Source: an uncultured Lentisphaeraceae bacterium (GTDB taxonomy: Bacteria > Verrucomicrobiota > Kiritimatiellia > RFP12 > UBA1067). From it: DNA of 43,711 bases. The notes beneath the pieces are model-generated. The model ran no database searches and was not told the DNA's origin. It saw nothing but the letters and a program-made list of their open reading frames with translations. Below, piece after piece: positions 1-9,266 of this stretch. Location: assembly GCA_964480555.1 (NCBI GenBank), contig CAYZQL010000002.1:1-43711 (forward strand). Direction: 5' to 3'. How positions within the stretch are numbered: the first letter of the stretch is position 1; each line of letters starts with the position of its first letter. Both the position numbers and the translations under genes were made by a program.

Positions 1-1
1 G

Positions 2-1141
2 CTCCCGACCTCGGTGAAGATCAGCCGCGACATGCGCCGCGGCATCCTCCAATACGTGCGCCGCCACGGACTGTGGGGTCTCCACATCATTGAGGGCCGG
101 CAGGGCGAACAGAAGCTCATCCGCATGAAAGACTGGGGCTGCACCGGCATCTTCGGACGGCTCTATACCCCGGAATTGGTCGAAGCGGCCAGTCTGACCA
201 AAGTTCCGCAGGTGCTCGTCGATCCGGAGGAGGATGTCCAGTCGAAGAACCACCCGCTCGCACGTCACAGCATCGTCAGAAGCGACACCGTTGCCGTCGG
301 ACAATTGGCGGCGGAATATTTTCTTGAGCGCAAATTCGCCCACTACGCCTATGTCGGCGAAGTGCAGGGCGTGTGTTGGTCCGTGCGACGCGGCGAGGCG
401 TTCGCCGAGGCTGTCCGCGAAGCCGGCTTCGACTGCCGCGTCTACGGCCCGCTGACTGCAGCGGAGAAAGAAGATGCGGGACTCGAACGCACGCGGCTTT
501 GCGCCTGGCTGAGCGCCCTGCCCAAACCCGTCGCGCTGCTCGCCGCCATGGACAACCGCGGCAGGCAGGTTATGGACGCCTGCGCGTGGGCCGGGCTCGC
601 CGTGCCGCGCGACATCGCGGTGCTCGGCGTGGACAACGACGGCGACCTGTGCGAGACCACTACCCCGCCGATGTCCAGCATCCTGCTCGACGCCGAACGT
701 GCCAGCTACGAGGCGGCCCAGCACCTCAACGACCTGATGCGCGGCGTCACGCGCAAGCGCAGGATCATCACCTACGGCCCCACCCAAGTGGTCTCGCGGC
801 GCTCCACCGAAACCACGCAGATCGCCGATATCGTGGTGGTGCAGGCGCTGGAGTTCATCGCGGTGAACGCCTGCTCCGGCATCGGCGTGCCGGATGTCGT
901 GCGCCACATCCGCGCCTCGCGCCGCTTGGCCGAACAGCGTTTCCGGCAGCAGCTCGGGCGCACCATCCTCGACGAGATCCGGCGCGTGCGGATCGAGCGC
1001 GTCTGCACGCTCCTCAGGGAGACGAACCTGTCCATCGGCGAGATCACGCGCACCTGCGGCTTCGATTCGGAAAGCCATCTCGGCACGGTCTTCCGCCGGC
1101 GTTTCGGCTGCGCCATGCGCGACTACCGCAAAGCACGGTAA
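2..1141 (+). CDS. XylR-like transcriptional regulator (LacI/PBP-type sugar-binding core plus C-terminal AraC-type HTH); 5' end cut by the window edge
   Basis: The frame is open from base 2 (LPTS precedes the listed GTG at 14), so the true N-terminus is probably upstream of the window. The core carries PBP-type strings (VLVDPEED, AVLGVDNDGDLCETTTPPMSSI). The C-terminus LSIGEITRTCGFDSESHLGTVFRRRFGCAMRDYRKAR is a classic AraC/XylS HTH signature. Overlapping ORFs in other frames translate to R/A/P-rich low-complexity strings. Confidence 0.8.
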   Translation, partial: LPTSVKISRDMRRGILQYVRRHGLWGLHIIEGRQGEQKLIRMKDWGCTGIFGRLYTPELVEAASLTKVPQVLVDPEEDVQSKNHPLARHSIVRSDTVAVGQLAAEYFLERKFAHYAYVGEVQGVCWSVRRGEAFAEAVREAGFDCRVYGPLTAAEKEDAGLERTRLCAWLSALPKPVALLAAMDNRGRQVMDACAWAGLAVPRDIAVLGVDNDGDLCETTTPPMSSILLDAERASYEAAQHLNDLMRGVTRKRRIITYGPTQVVSRRSTETTQIADIVVVQALEFIAVNACSGIGVPDVVRHIRASRRLAEQRFRQQLGRTILDEIRRVRIERVCTLLRETNLSIGEITRTCGFDSESHLGTVFRRRFGCAMRDYRKAR

Positions 1142-1441
1142 GCGCTTTACGGAACATCCTCCGGGAACGCCGGGCGGGATTTCGCGGGCATACTCGTGTG
1201 GCCAGGGAGCCCCCTCAGCGACCCGCTTTCGCGAAATTTTCCGCTGCAAACGCCCAGTTTATCCTCTTCTCCAAAACAAAACGGCCTTCACCTAATCCGC
1301 CCGCCAATTGCTGAGCCCCTCGGAAATCCACTGGACGATCTGCCGCAGGGCGATGTAACCTGTTCTTATCGGCCTCGGGGTTGACTCGTTTCGCCCCCCG
1401 CACAATATGGGAACCGGCATGTCGCCAGGGAAGCCTACGGG

Positions 1442-2653
1442 ATGGCATTGAAAAAGAAAAATGAAGTGAACGTGCTTGTTTTCCACACTTCCGTACGGTC
1501 CTCGTGGCGTGACACCCTCTCCGGCATATATCGCTATGCGCGACCGCATGGTTGGCGGCTGCAGGTGATTGAACATGAACCGGACCGGAAATCAATTCGT
1601 GAACTTCTCAAATTCTGGCATCCGGATGGTGTCATTGCCGAGGGCGGAATGGACGAAAAGGGTGCGTTGCGGCCAGACACCTTTGGAAAGCTTCCTGTCG
1701 TATTTCTTGTCTGTAATCCTAAAAACCTCAAGAAGTCTTCCATCCGTGTGAACCACGATTCCGCTTCGCTTGGTCGCGTGGCCGCGAAAGAGTTCCTAAC
1801 CCTCGGCATGGCGTCTTACGCATTCTTTGGATTCACGGAACTGTTTTGGAGCGATGAACGCGGTAGAGGTTTTTGCGAAGCACTGGCGTTGAATGGTCGG
1901 AAAGCCGAGGTCTTCACACGTCTTTTTCCCGAGTCGGGAAAGCAGTCGCGCGAAAAGGGGTTTCGCGACCGTTTCTCCGCTTGGCTCAAGACGTTGCCGA
2001 AACCGTGCGGTCTATTCGCGGCGAATGACCTTTTGGGCGAAGAAGCGCTGAACGTCTGCCGTCTCACCGACATCAAGGTTCCGGCCGAGATTTCCGTTCT
2101 GGGCGTGGATAACGACGAACTCGCTTGTGAAAACACCGTTCCCACGCTTTCGAGCATCCGTCCAAATTTCGAGGAAGCCGGCTATCTCTGCGCCTCGCTT
2201 TTGGGTGAACGTTTTACCCCCGAGAAAGGCGTTGCCGGGGAACCGTACCGCCTTTTTTCCGCTGACAACATTGTCCGTCGACAGTCCACCCGTCGTCTCC
2301 CGCGTGCGAATGCCGCTGTTTCCAAGGCACTGGAAATCATCCGCCTCAAGGCCTGCTCAGGCCTTCGCCCAAAGGACGTTTTCGTGGAACTTGATTGTTC
2401 ACGCCGTCTTGCCGAACTGCGTTTCCGTGAACTGACCGGACACTCCGTACGGGACGAAATCGCTTCGTTACGCCTTGCCCGTGTGAAAGAACTGCTTACT
2501 CTGAAAGATGTGCCCATCGAATCGATCGCCGCCCGATGCGGTTGGAAGTCAACCGCGCAGCTCCGAGTCCTTTTCCGTTCCGCAGAAGGCGTCTCCCTCC
2601 ACGAATGGCGCGCGAAGCGGCTGAAAGCGCCTCTTCTGCATTGCGCTAAATAG
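1442..2653 (+). CDS. XylR-like transcriptional regulator (paralog of the upstream gene)
   Basis: It starts at an ATG and has the same two-domain layout: ISVLGVDNDELACENTVPTLSSI in the sensor core and VPIESIAARCGWKSTAQLRVLFRSAEGVSLHEWRAKR as the AraC-type HTH. GC is visibly lower than in its neighbour (25/60 and 38/60 G+C in lines 1441 and 1501). Confidence 0.85.
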   Translation: MALKKKNEVNVLVFHTSVRSSWRDTLSGIYRYARPHGWRLQVIEHEPDRKSIRELLKFWHPDGVIAEGGMDEKGALRPDTFGKLPVVFLVCNPKNLKKSSIRVNHDSASLGRVAAKEFLTLGMASYAFFGFTELFWSDERGRGFCEALALNGRKAEVFTRLFPESGKQSREKGFRDRFSAWLKTLPKPCGLFAANDLLGEEALNVCRLTDIKVPAEISVLGVDNDELACENTVPTLSSIRPNFEEAGYLCASLLGERFTPEKGVAGEPYRLFSADNIVRRQSTRRLPRANAAVSKALEIIRLKACSGLRPKDVFVELDCSRRLAELRFRELTGHSVRDEIASLRLARVKELLTLKDVPIESIAARCGWKSTAQLRVLFRSAEGVSLHEWRAKRLKAPLLHCAK

Positions 2654-2687
2654 ATGATTGTTTTTGCGTGATATAGACGATACGTTA

Positions 2688-2717
2688 TTGCGACCGGGCC
2701 GCCGGGTCTGGTAAAAT
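2688..2717 (+). promoter_or_regulatory. Candidate sigma70-type promoter for the plus-strand glycan operon
   Basis: TTGCGA (2688-2693), an 18-nt spacer, then TAAAAT (2712-2717). It lies about 75 nt upstream of the ATG at 2792 in the only sizeable gap upstream of the operon. This is a sequence match only. Confidence 0.35.
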
Positions 2718-2791
2718 ATACGAAGTAACGCAAGGTGTCGTTCCTCGCTGAAGAGCATCCAACGACGAACAAAGAGAGAGGCGACCAACCA

Positions 2792-4342
2792 ATGAAATCC
2801 ACCGTTCTGTGCGGGAAGCCCGCGTGGAGGTTTTTTTTTGTGGCGTTTGCCGCGTGTTTGGCGGCGTGCGCTTGGGGTGAGTCGGCGACGGCCATTCCGT
2901 CCGAGGCCCATGTCTGGTTCGGGACGATTGACAGCGATTTCAACACCGCCGGCAACTGGAAGATCGGTCAAGACGCGGCGACGCTGCCGCCCGACAAAGA
3001 CACGATGGTCGCCTTTACCAACATCTCGGGCAAGGTGACGTTTTCCGGCGATGCCGCGGTGTCGAACGTGTGGGTGTCGAATGGCAGTCCGGTTTTCGAT
3101 CTGCAGGGGCGCTCGTTGAACGTGCAAAGATGCATTTATCTTTGTACCGTGCTTTCTTTTAAATATCCGACCGTTACGTTCACGAACGGCGTTGTAAACA
3201 GCGGATCGAATTTTCAGGTCAACTACGGACCCGCTGATACTGCATGGTTTTACGGCAAGGCTGTTGTGTCGGGTCCGGGCACCGAATTGAACGTGGGCGG
3301 CGCGACCTATCTCCAAGGCCGCGGAACGAGTATTACCGTCCAGAACGGGGCTTTGTTTTCCTCGGCAGGCATCGTCGACGTCAGTTCAAAGGCCGAAGGG
3401 ACCACGTTCGGTATACGCGACAACGGTTCGACGGCAAATTTTACGCATGGCTTTTCGATCGGCGGCAACAATGCTGTATTGAAGATTTCCGACGGCGCGG
3501 TGCTGAACGTTTCGGGGATCTGCTATACCAGTTATGGGAATCGCAACAGCATCGGACGCGATGGCGCGAAGAACGGTCTGGTCGTTGACAACGCGACCGT
3601 CAATTACGGTGTCGCGTCCACGGCGAATCTCAATATCGGCGACACGGACAACGCGACCATCACCGGTGATAACGCGCTGATCGTCACCAATAACGGCGCA
3701 TTCAACATGCTTACGGCCAACGACATCCGCTGCGGGGTCTCGATCGGTCAGAATGCCCAAATCAAAGGCGGCCGGATCGTGGCCACGGACGGCGGGAAGA
3801 TCGCCAGCAACGGCAGTATCCAGCTCGGCGTCGGGGCGAACAATCCGTGCGGCGGACATCTGCTGGCGGCGGATGACGGGACGATCACCGCGACGTATCT
3901 GCAGACGGGCAACAAAGCGTTGAGCAGCAACAGCCTGGTGCGTATTTCCGGAAAGCGGGGTAAGATCCTGCTCACCCATTCGACCAGTCCGTGCCAGCTC
4001 AATTCCGCGGCGACGCTTGAGTTCCGCATTCCCGAAGACGGTTTTGACGCGGTTCCGCTTCAGGCCCCGAATGGAGCGGTGACCAAGCCGATTGACGGTA
4101 CCCTCGCGCCGATCAAGCTCACGATCAACGCTCAGGCTTTCGGCAAGAAAAACCCCTCCCGTTCGATTACCCTTGTCGCGGCGGGCGCGGATTCGACAAC
4201 GGCATTCACCGTATTGACGAACAATCTCTCGTTTATCGACACGGATGACAGGTTCCATGGAAAGTTGATTTTTGTGGATGGCGGAAAGAAATTGGTTTAC
4301 ACCTCTCCCGCACGTCCGGGGTTGACGGTCAGTCTCCGGTAA
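2792..4342 (+). CDS. Secreted (possibly lipoprotein) beta-helical repeat protein A, T5SS/PEP-CTERM-associated-repeat-like, with a short C-terminal GLTVSLR tail
   Basis: I prefer the ATG at 2792 (AGAGAGAGG lies 9 nt upstream) over the listed GTG at 2735. The signal peptide is MKSTVLCGKPAWRFFFVAFAACLAAC, with a lipobox-like LAAC. After the signal comes FNTAGNWKIG, then degenerate G/N/V-rich rungs (NGALFSSAGIVDVS, DGAVLNVSGICYTS, NATVNYGVASTANLNIG, TNNGAFNMLTAND). The C-terminus is KLVYTSPARPGLTVSLR. Confidence 0.75.
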   Translation: MKSTVLCGKPAWRFFFVAFAACLAACAWGESATAIPSEAHVWFGTIDSDFNTAGNWKIGQDAATLPPDKDTMVAFTNISGKVTFSGDAAVSNVWVSNGSPVFDLQGRSLNVQRCIYLCTVLSFKYPTVTFTNGVVNSGSNFQVNYGPADTAWFYGKAVVSGPGTELNVGGATYLQGRGTSITVQNGALFSSAGIVDVSSKAEGTTFGIRDNGSTANFTHGFSIGGNNAVLKISDGAVLNVSGICYTSYGNRNSIGRDGAKNGLVVDNATVNYGVASTANLNIGDTDNATITGDNALIVTNNGAFNMLTANDIRCGVSIGQNAQIKGGRIVATDGGKIASNGSIQLGVGANNPCGGHLLAADDGTITATYLQTGNKALSSNSLVRISGKRGKILLTHSTSPCQLNSAATLEFRIPEDGFDAVPLQAPNGAVTKPIDGTLAPIKLTINAQAFGKKNPSRSITLVAAGADSTTAFTVLTNNLSFIDTDDRFHGKLIFVDGGKKLVYTSPARPGLTVSLR

Positions 4343-4358
4343 GAGGGGTACTCGTCGA

Positions 4359-6974
4359 ATGAAAACCGAAATGGTTTTGTTGGCCGCGATGGCGGCGCTG
4401 GCGGGGAATGCGGAGACGGGGGGCCGGCACACCGTCTTCGCGCATTATATGACGTGTTTCGGACTCTCGGTGGACGGCTACAAGCGCGAAATGATGCTGG
4501 CGCAGCAGTACGGCGTGGACGGCTGGGCGCTCAACTGCGGCAACTGGAAGAAACAGGATCCGAAGACCGGGGAATGGAAAGCGCATGAGGGGTACGCGGG
4601 GAGCGCCGCGAAGATCCATCAGGCGGCGAAGGAACTCGGGACGGACTTCAAGCTCTTCTTCTCGCCGGACGGTTCGCTTGCGACCTACACGAACGGTTTT
4701 CACGCGTCGATGCTGCTGGACTATCTGGGGCATCCCAACCAGTTCAAGTACGACGGCAAGCCGTTCTTTTCCGGGTGGGGCGGCGGCAATTTCAAGAACG
4801 CGAAGTACGATTTCGTCCGCAAGGACTTCCGCGCGCGCGGCATCGGGGAGATCTGCCTCGTCCCCGAACTCGGCCCGACGCGCAATGTGATGTACGCGAC
4901 GAAAGACCTCGTCGCGAATAGCGTCTTCCGCGATCCCGAGTTCAATTGCGACGGCGAATTCGTCTTCGGCTGCGACAACACGAGTCGTGAACTCACGGAA
5001 TTCCTCTCCAACTCGCGCTACGCCGCGTTGAAGGCCGGGAAGCTCTTCATGGCGGGGCCGTGCCCGGCCTATAACAGCTCAAACCTGCGCGACTACCACG
5101 GTCTCGCCGGTTACGCGAGCGAATGGGCGGCGATCTGCTCGGACCAGCCGGAACTCATCGAAGTGGTCACCTGGAACGACTACGCCGAGGATTCGGGGCT
5201 CATGCCCGGCGGCGTGGACTTCCGCCCCGCCTTCATCGGGAACCGCAATTCGCTCCAGCGCGACGAAGCGTTTCTCGATCTGACGGCGTACTACGCGGCG
5301 GCTTACAAGTCCGGCGGCGTCTGCCAGCCGATAACGCAGGACAAAATCTACACCGCATACCGGACGCGTCCCAAGTCGATGACGCGCGTGTACAAGCCCG
5401 ACCCCGAACAGGGCGAACCCCGCTGGATCGACACGCGGGACACCTATCTGCAGATACACGACGACGTGAGGGACAACGTCTACGCGACCGTGGCGCTCAC
5501 CGCGCCCGCCAAGGTGACGATCCGCCAGAAGAAGGGCTTTTTCGGCGGCGAGACCGTTACGAAGGCGCTGCCGGCGGGCATTCACACGCTCGAAGCGCCG
5601 ATGGTGAAAGGCGCGACGCCGGAGTTCATCGTCGAGCGCGGCGGCGAAACGCTCATCGAAGTTGTCGGCCGGCGCATGATCCAGGAGAAGGAAACGGAAC
5701 GCAACTCGCACGCGCTCGGTTACGACGGCATCCACCGTGTCTGGACCGGCGGCAGCGTCGCCGGAAAGCCCGTCTGCACGTTCGAGGCGAAGGACGGCAG
5801 GACGGAATGGAAACTTCCCGAGGACTTCAAGTGCGGTTCGTACAATTTCCGCGTGCGTTATTCGAACGACGAAAACGAGGAGTCCCGCTACACGCTCTAC
5901 GTGGACGTCCCATGGATGGATCCGAAGGCCGAGCGCTTCATGCCGGTCATGATCCCGCTTTACCTTCCCCCGACCCGCGGCGCGGTGAAGGAAGAGGGGT
6001 TCCTCTTCACTGTCACGCCGGGCGCAACGGGCATCCGCATCGTCAAGGAGGATGTGAAGGGGAAGGTCTACTGTTGGAACAACGGCAAGCGGTATCTCTC
6101 GACGTTCGACTATTCGGACTACGGCACGGCGAAGATCGAGTCCGTCGCGCTCGTTCCGAACGAGATCGCGAAGAGGGGCGAACCGCCGAAACCGTATCCC
6201 GAGACGGTCGCGATCCCGGGAGGAATATTCACGATGGCGGCGAAGGCCGTGGAGGCGGACGAAGGCAAACCGCGCGAGGTCGAGATCTCGCCGTTCCTGA
6301 TGGGCAAGTACGAGGTGACGAACCGCGAGTTCGAGGAATTCATGCCCGAACACGCCTCGCACCGCACGGAGATCTCCTGGCGCGACCGCGATCCGGCTGT
6401 CTACGTCGCGTGGCAGGAAGCGGCCGAATACTGCAACTGGCTTTCGGCGAAGGAAGGTCTCGCGCCCGCGTACGGCGTCACGAACGATTTCAAGCTCGTG
6501 AAGGGGGCGAAGGGGTACCGGCTGCCGACCGAGGCCGAATGGGAATACGTCGCCACCGGCCGCGGCGAGAACCGCGTCTATCCGTGGGGTGACGAAAAGC
6601 CGACGTACGATCTCTGCAACTGCGCGCCGGAATCCGTCACGCTGCAGCAGGAAAACCTCACGCGACCCGCGCGCGAACTCAAAACCGCGCCCGTCGGGAG
6701 CTATCCGAAGGGCGTTTCGCGCGACGGCGTACACGATCTCGCCGGCAACGTCTGCGAGTGGTGTGCGGACCGTTACCACTACGACTACTGGCCGGAAGGC
6801 CAGGACCCCGTGGACGAAACGCCGCCCCGATCCGGCCGCCAGAATTTCCGTTCCATCCGCGGCGGCAGTTTCGGCTACTACGGTATGAGCCAGCGCGGTT
6901 GCGACCGCGAATTCAATTCGCCGCGCTACCAGGGGTACATCTACATCGGGTTCCGCGTGGTGAAACCGCTTTGA
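4359..6974 (+). CDS. Secreted GH71-like (alpha-1,3-glucanase family) glycoside hydrolase fused to a C-terminal FGE-sulfatase-fold domain
   Basis: The signal peptide is MKTEMVLLAAMAALAGNA. GH71-type strings are VFAHYMTCF, YGVDGWALNCGNW and IEVVTWNDYAEDSG. From about 6190 the sequence is FGE-fold: MGKYEVTNREFEEFM, YRLPTEAEWEYVATG, VHDLAGNVCEWCADRY, RGGSF, IGFRVVKPL. Confidence 0.85.
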   Translation: MKTEMVLLAAMAALAGNAETGGRHTVFAHYMTCFGLSVDGYKREMMLAQQYGVDGWALNCGNWKKQDPKTGEWKAHEGYAGSAAKIHQAAKELGTDFKLFFSPDGSLATYTNGFHASMLLDYLGHPNQFKYDGKPFFSGWGGGNFKNAKYDFVRKDFRARGIGEICLVPELGPTRNVMYATKDLVANSVFRDPEFNCDGEFVFGCDNTSRELTEFLSNSRYAALKAGKLFMAGPCPAYNSSNLRDYHGLAGYASEWAAICSDQPELIEVVTWNDYAEDSGLMPGGVDFRPAFIGNRNSLQRDEAFLDLTAYYAAAYKSGGVCQPITQDKIYTAYRTRPKSMTRVYKPDPEQGEPRWIDTRDTYLQIHDDVRDNVYATVALTAPAKVTIRQKKGFFGGETVTKALPAGIHTLEAPMVKGATPEFIVERGGETLIEVVGRRMIQEKETERNSHALGYDGIHRVWTGGSVAGKPVCTFEAKDGRTEWKLPEDFKCGSYNFRVRYSNDENEESRYTLYVDVPWMDPKAERFMPVMIPLYLPPTRGAVKEEGFLFTVTPGATGIRIVKEDVKGKVYCWNNGKRYLSTFDYSDYGTAKIESVALVPNEIAKRGEPPKPYPETVAIPGGIFTMAAKAVEADEGKPREVEISPFLMGKYEVTNREFEEFMPEHASHRTEISWRDRDPAVYVAWQEAAEYCNWLSAKEGLAPAYGVTNDFKLVKGAKGYRLPTEAEWEYVATGRGENRVYPWGDEKPTYDLCNCAPESVTLQQENLTRPARELKTAPVGSYPKGVSRDGVHDLAGNVCEWCADRYHYDYWPEGQDPVDETPPRSGRQNFRSIRGGSFGYYGMSQRGCDREFNSPRYQGYIYIGFRVVKPL

Positions 6975-7005
6975 GGACCGAACAACGACAAGAGGAGTGC
7001 GTCAA

Positions 7006-9225
7006 ATGAATACGCTGAGGTCGGCCGTGACGATGAAATGTATTACGGCGGTGACGGTCGCGGCGGCGGTTTTCGCCGCGTTCGCGGGCGAAAAGAGGGA
7101 AGTCAAGGTCTACGCGCACTTCATGGGGTGCTGGCCTGCGTTCGGGTGCGACGGACAGGACGAAGTGCTGAAAAACGTCCTGTACGGTACGAATGCCTAC
7201 AACGACTGCGCGAATCTCGGCGGACGCATCGAGAACCTGCCGCTCGTTCCGCAGAATTACAAAGCCGAGACGATCGACACGGCGAAGACGGAGATCCGGC
7301 GCGCGATCCGCGCCGGCATTGACGGGTTCGCGTTCGACGCGTGGGCGGGCGACAAGTCGCCGCAGACGCTCGACGTCTACTTCAAAGCGGCGGAGGAGCT
7401 TAAAGCCGATTTCGGTCTCACGATCTGCTTCGATCCGTCCTGCCACGGCGCGAAGTGGATCCAGGGCGGGGAGATGTGGGAACGGTACGTTTCCTCCGCG
7501 AAATGGGTGCTCAGGCATCTGGACTCGCCGAACCTCGCGCGTTTCCACGGCAAACCGCTCTTCTTCGGCTATTATTCGCGCGGCATCGTCAAACGCGTGG
7601 ACGGGGAATCCGCCGCCGACTGGCGCAAACGCATCCGCGGGGAATGGGAGAAGTGGCGTAAGGCGCTTCCCTGCGAAGTGTACCTGCACGGCAGCATCGA
7701 GGACTACGTCGACTGGAAGCGGATCGACAAAAACGACTTCGTTGCGATCGCGAAGGATTGCGCCGCGACGTACGACACGGTGGGCGCGTTCCTCGGCCAT
7801 GACAACGATTGGGCCAACAAGGGCGATCTCTGGAAACTCGTCAAGGAGGCCGGCTGCGGCTGGAGCCAGCCGCTCTTTTCGCAGTACAGCAACAAGGCTG
7901 GCGGCATCATCACGGACGCGGGGCTCGATTATCTGCACCGCAACTGGAAGTACGCGATCGAACGCGGTTCGGAGCTGCTGCAGTTCGTCACCTGGAACGA
8001 CTACGGGGAAGAGACGATCCTCGCGCCGGCCTATGGCTCGAACTACACGGTGACGCGTGTGAACAAGTATTATTCCGACTGGCTCAAGGCCGGACAGCCC
8101 CCGAAGGTCGAGAAGGATGAAATCCACGTGGCGTTCCGACGCGTGACCGCGGACGCGCTCGCGTTTCCGTTCCATTCCCGCCGCGTGAAGCTGCCGACCG
8201 CACTGGAAGTGATCACGTTCCTCACCGAGCCGGGAACGGTCTGTGTGGACGACTACGGCGAATACAAGGCGCCGGCGGGCATGTTCTCGAAGAAGTTTGA
8301 GCAGAGGTCCGGAAAGATTTCCGTCACGGTGAAACGTCCCGTCTGGATTTTTTTCGCGAAGACCGTCTGTTCGATGACCGCGCCGGAGGAGATCAGCGAC
8401 AAGCGCTGGCGCGAGGACCAGACGATGGCGACGTGGAGCTCCACCTACGCCGAGGAATGGGCGATAGACTTCCCCGGCGTCAAGCCGCTTCGCTATTCCG
8501 AAAACGGCGATCTGGACGGCGACGGACTTCCCAACTGGTTCGAGATGGTCTATTTCGGAAAGTTCCCGTACATGGAAACGGCGTCGTGCGCGGATCCGAA
8601 CGCCGACCCGGATGGTGACGGGTTCACAAACCTGCAGGAATACCGGAACGAAACCGATCCCAACAAGCCCGATACGCCCTACACACCGGGATTCGTCTGG
8701 AGCCTCGCCGATTTCAAGGCGCTTCAGTTCGTCTCCAATCCCGAACGTGACACCAAGGGCCGCTACGTGTGGCGCAGCGAGTATCAGTACGGCGAAAAGG
8801 ACCACACGTACGAGCCGGGGAGTGCGTTCACGGAAATCTGGTCCGGCGGCGGCAGCCTGAACCGCCGCTCATTCCATGTCTACGAACCCAACCGGCTCGG
8901 CGGCTGCGGGTTCGATACGGGTGTCAGCTTCGAGGACCGTGCGGGCGGCACGGCGGAAATCCGAGTTTGCCGGGACAGTCCCGTGGCCATCGCCTGGATC
9001 GCGCCGGTCGACTGCACGGTGGACGTCGCGGTCGACTGCGCGACCAGGGAGAAGCGGGCGAAGTTCAAGACGTGGCTTGTCAAGGACGATCAGGTGCTCG
9101 GCGAAACCGCCGCGAAGAAGGTCGCCGTGAAGAAGGGCGACGTCATCCGTTTCGTCACCCGGGCCGGTTCCCCCGGACCGGGCGACTTCCTCACCGTGAA
9201 GTCCTTCACCGTGACCCATTTGTGA
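7006..9225 (+). CDS. Secreted GH71-like glycoside hydrolase with thrombospondin-type-3-like Ca-binding repeats and a C-terminal domain of unknown function
   Basis: I prefer the ATG at 7006 (AGAGGAG lies 8 nt upstream) over the listed GTG at 6997. The signal peptide is MNTLRSAVTMKCITAVTVAAAVFAAFA. GH71-type strings are VYAHFMGCW, AGIDGFAFDAWAG and LQFVTWNDYGEETILAP. The Asp-rich repeats are ENGDLDGDGLPNWFE and DPNADPDGDGFTNLQEYRNETDPNKPD (about 8500-8672). Confidence 0.85.
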   Translation: MNTLRSAVTMKCITAVTVAAAVFAAFAGEKREVKVYAHFMGCWPAFGCDGQDEVLKNVLYGTNAYNDCANLGGRIENLPLVPQNYKAETIDTAKTEIRRAIRAGIDGFAFDAWAGDKSPQTLDVYFKAAEELKADFGLTICFDPSCHGAKWIQGGEMWERYVSSAKWVLRHLDSPNLARFHGKPLFFGYYSRGIVKRVDGESAADWRKRIRGEWEKWRKALPCEVYLHGSIEDYVDWKRIDKNDFVAIAKDCAATYDTVGAFLGHDNDWANKGDLWKLVKEAGCGWSQPLFSQYSNKAGGIITDAGLDYLHRNWKYAIERGSELLQFVTWNDYGEETILAPAYGSNYTVTRVNKYYSDWLKAGQPPKVEKDEIHVAFRRVTADALAFPFHSRRVKLPTALEVITFLTEPGTVCVDDYGEYKAPAGMFSKKFEQRSGKISVTVKRPVWIFFAKTVCSMTAPEEISDKRWREDQTMATWSSTYAEEWAIDFPGVKPLRYSENGDLDGDGLPNWFEMVYFGKFPYMETASCADPNADPDGDGFTNLQEYRNETDPNKPDTPYTPGFVWSLADFKALQFVSNPERDTKGRYVWRSEYQYGEKDHTYEPGSAFTEIWSGGGSLNRRSFHVYEPNRLGGCGFDTGVSFEDRAGGTAEIRVCRDSPVAIAWIAPVDCTVDVAVDCATREKRAKFKTWLVKDDQVLGETAAKKVAVKKGDVIRFVTRAGSPGPGDFLTVKSFTVTHL

Positions 9226-9266
9226 TATAACTCACGAGGGATTTCTCATTACTAAGGAGCCGATAG

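Noticed and set aside
1381-1408. A candidate promoter TTGACT-N16-CAATAT upstream of the second XylR-like gene
   Set aside because: The -35 is good, but the -10 matches the consensus at only 3 of 6 positions. That is too weak to list as a feature.
6190-6974. Calling the FGE-fold domain a functional formylglycine-generating (sulfatase-maturating) enzyme
   Set aside because: The two catalytic cysteines of the MCHRSYC-type motif are replaced (GYYGMSQ), and no sulfatase gene is nearby. I kept it as a fold assignment only.
5079-8805. Long antisense or alternative-frame ORFs over the GH71-like genes (5079-6779 minus, 5123-6592 plus, 6913-8805 minus, 7193-8053 plus)
   Set aside because: They are shadow ORFs. 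The GH71 and FGE motifs are found only in the chosen frames, and the alternatives are Arg/Ala/Pro-rich.
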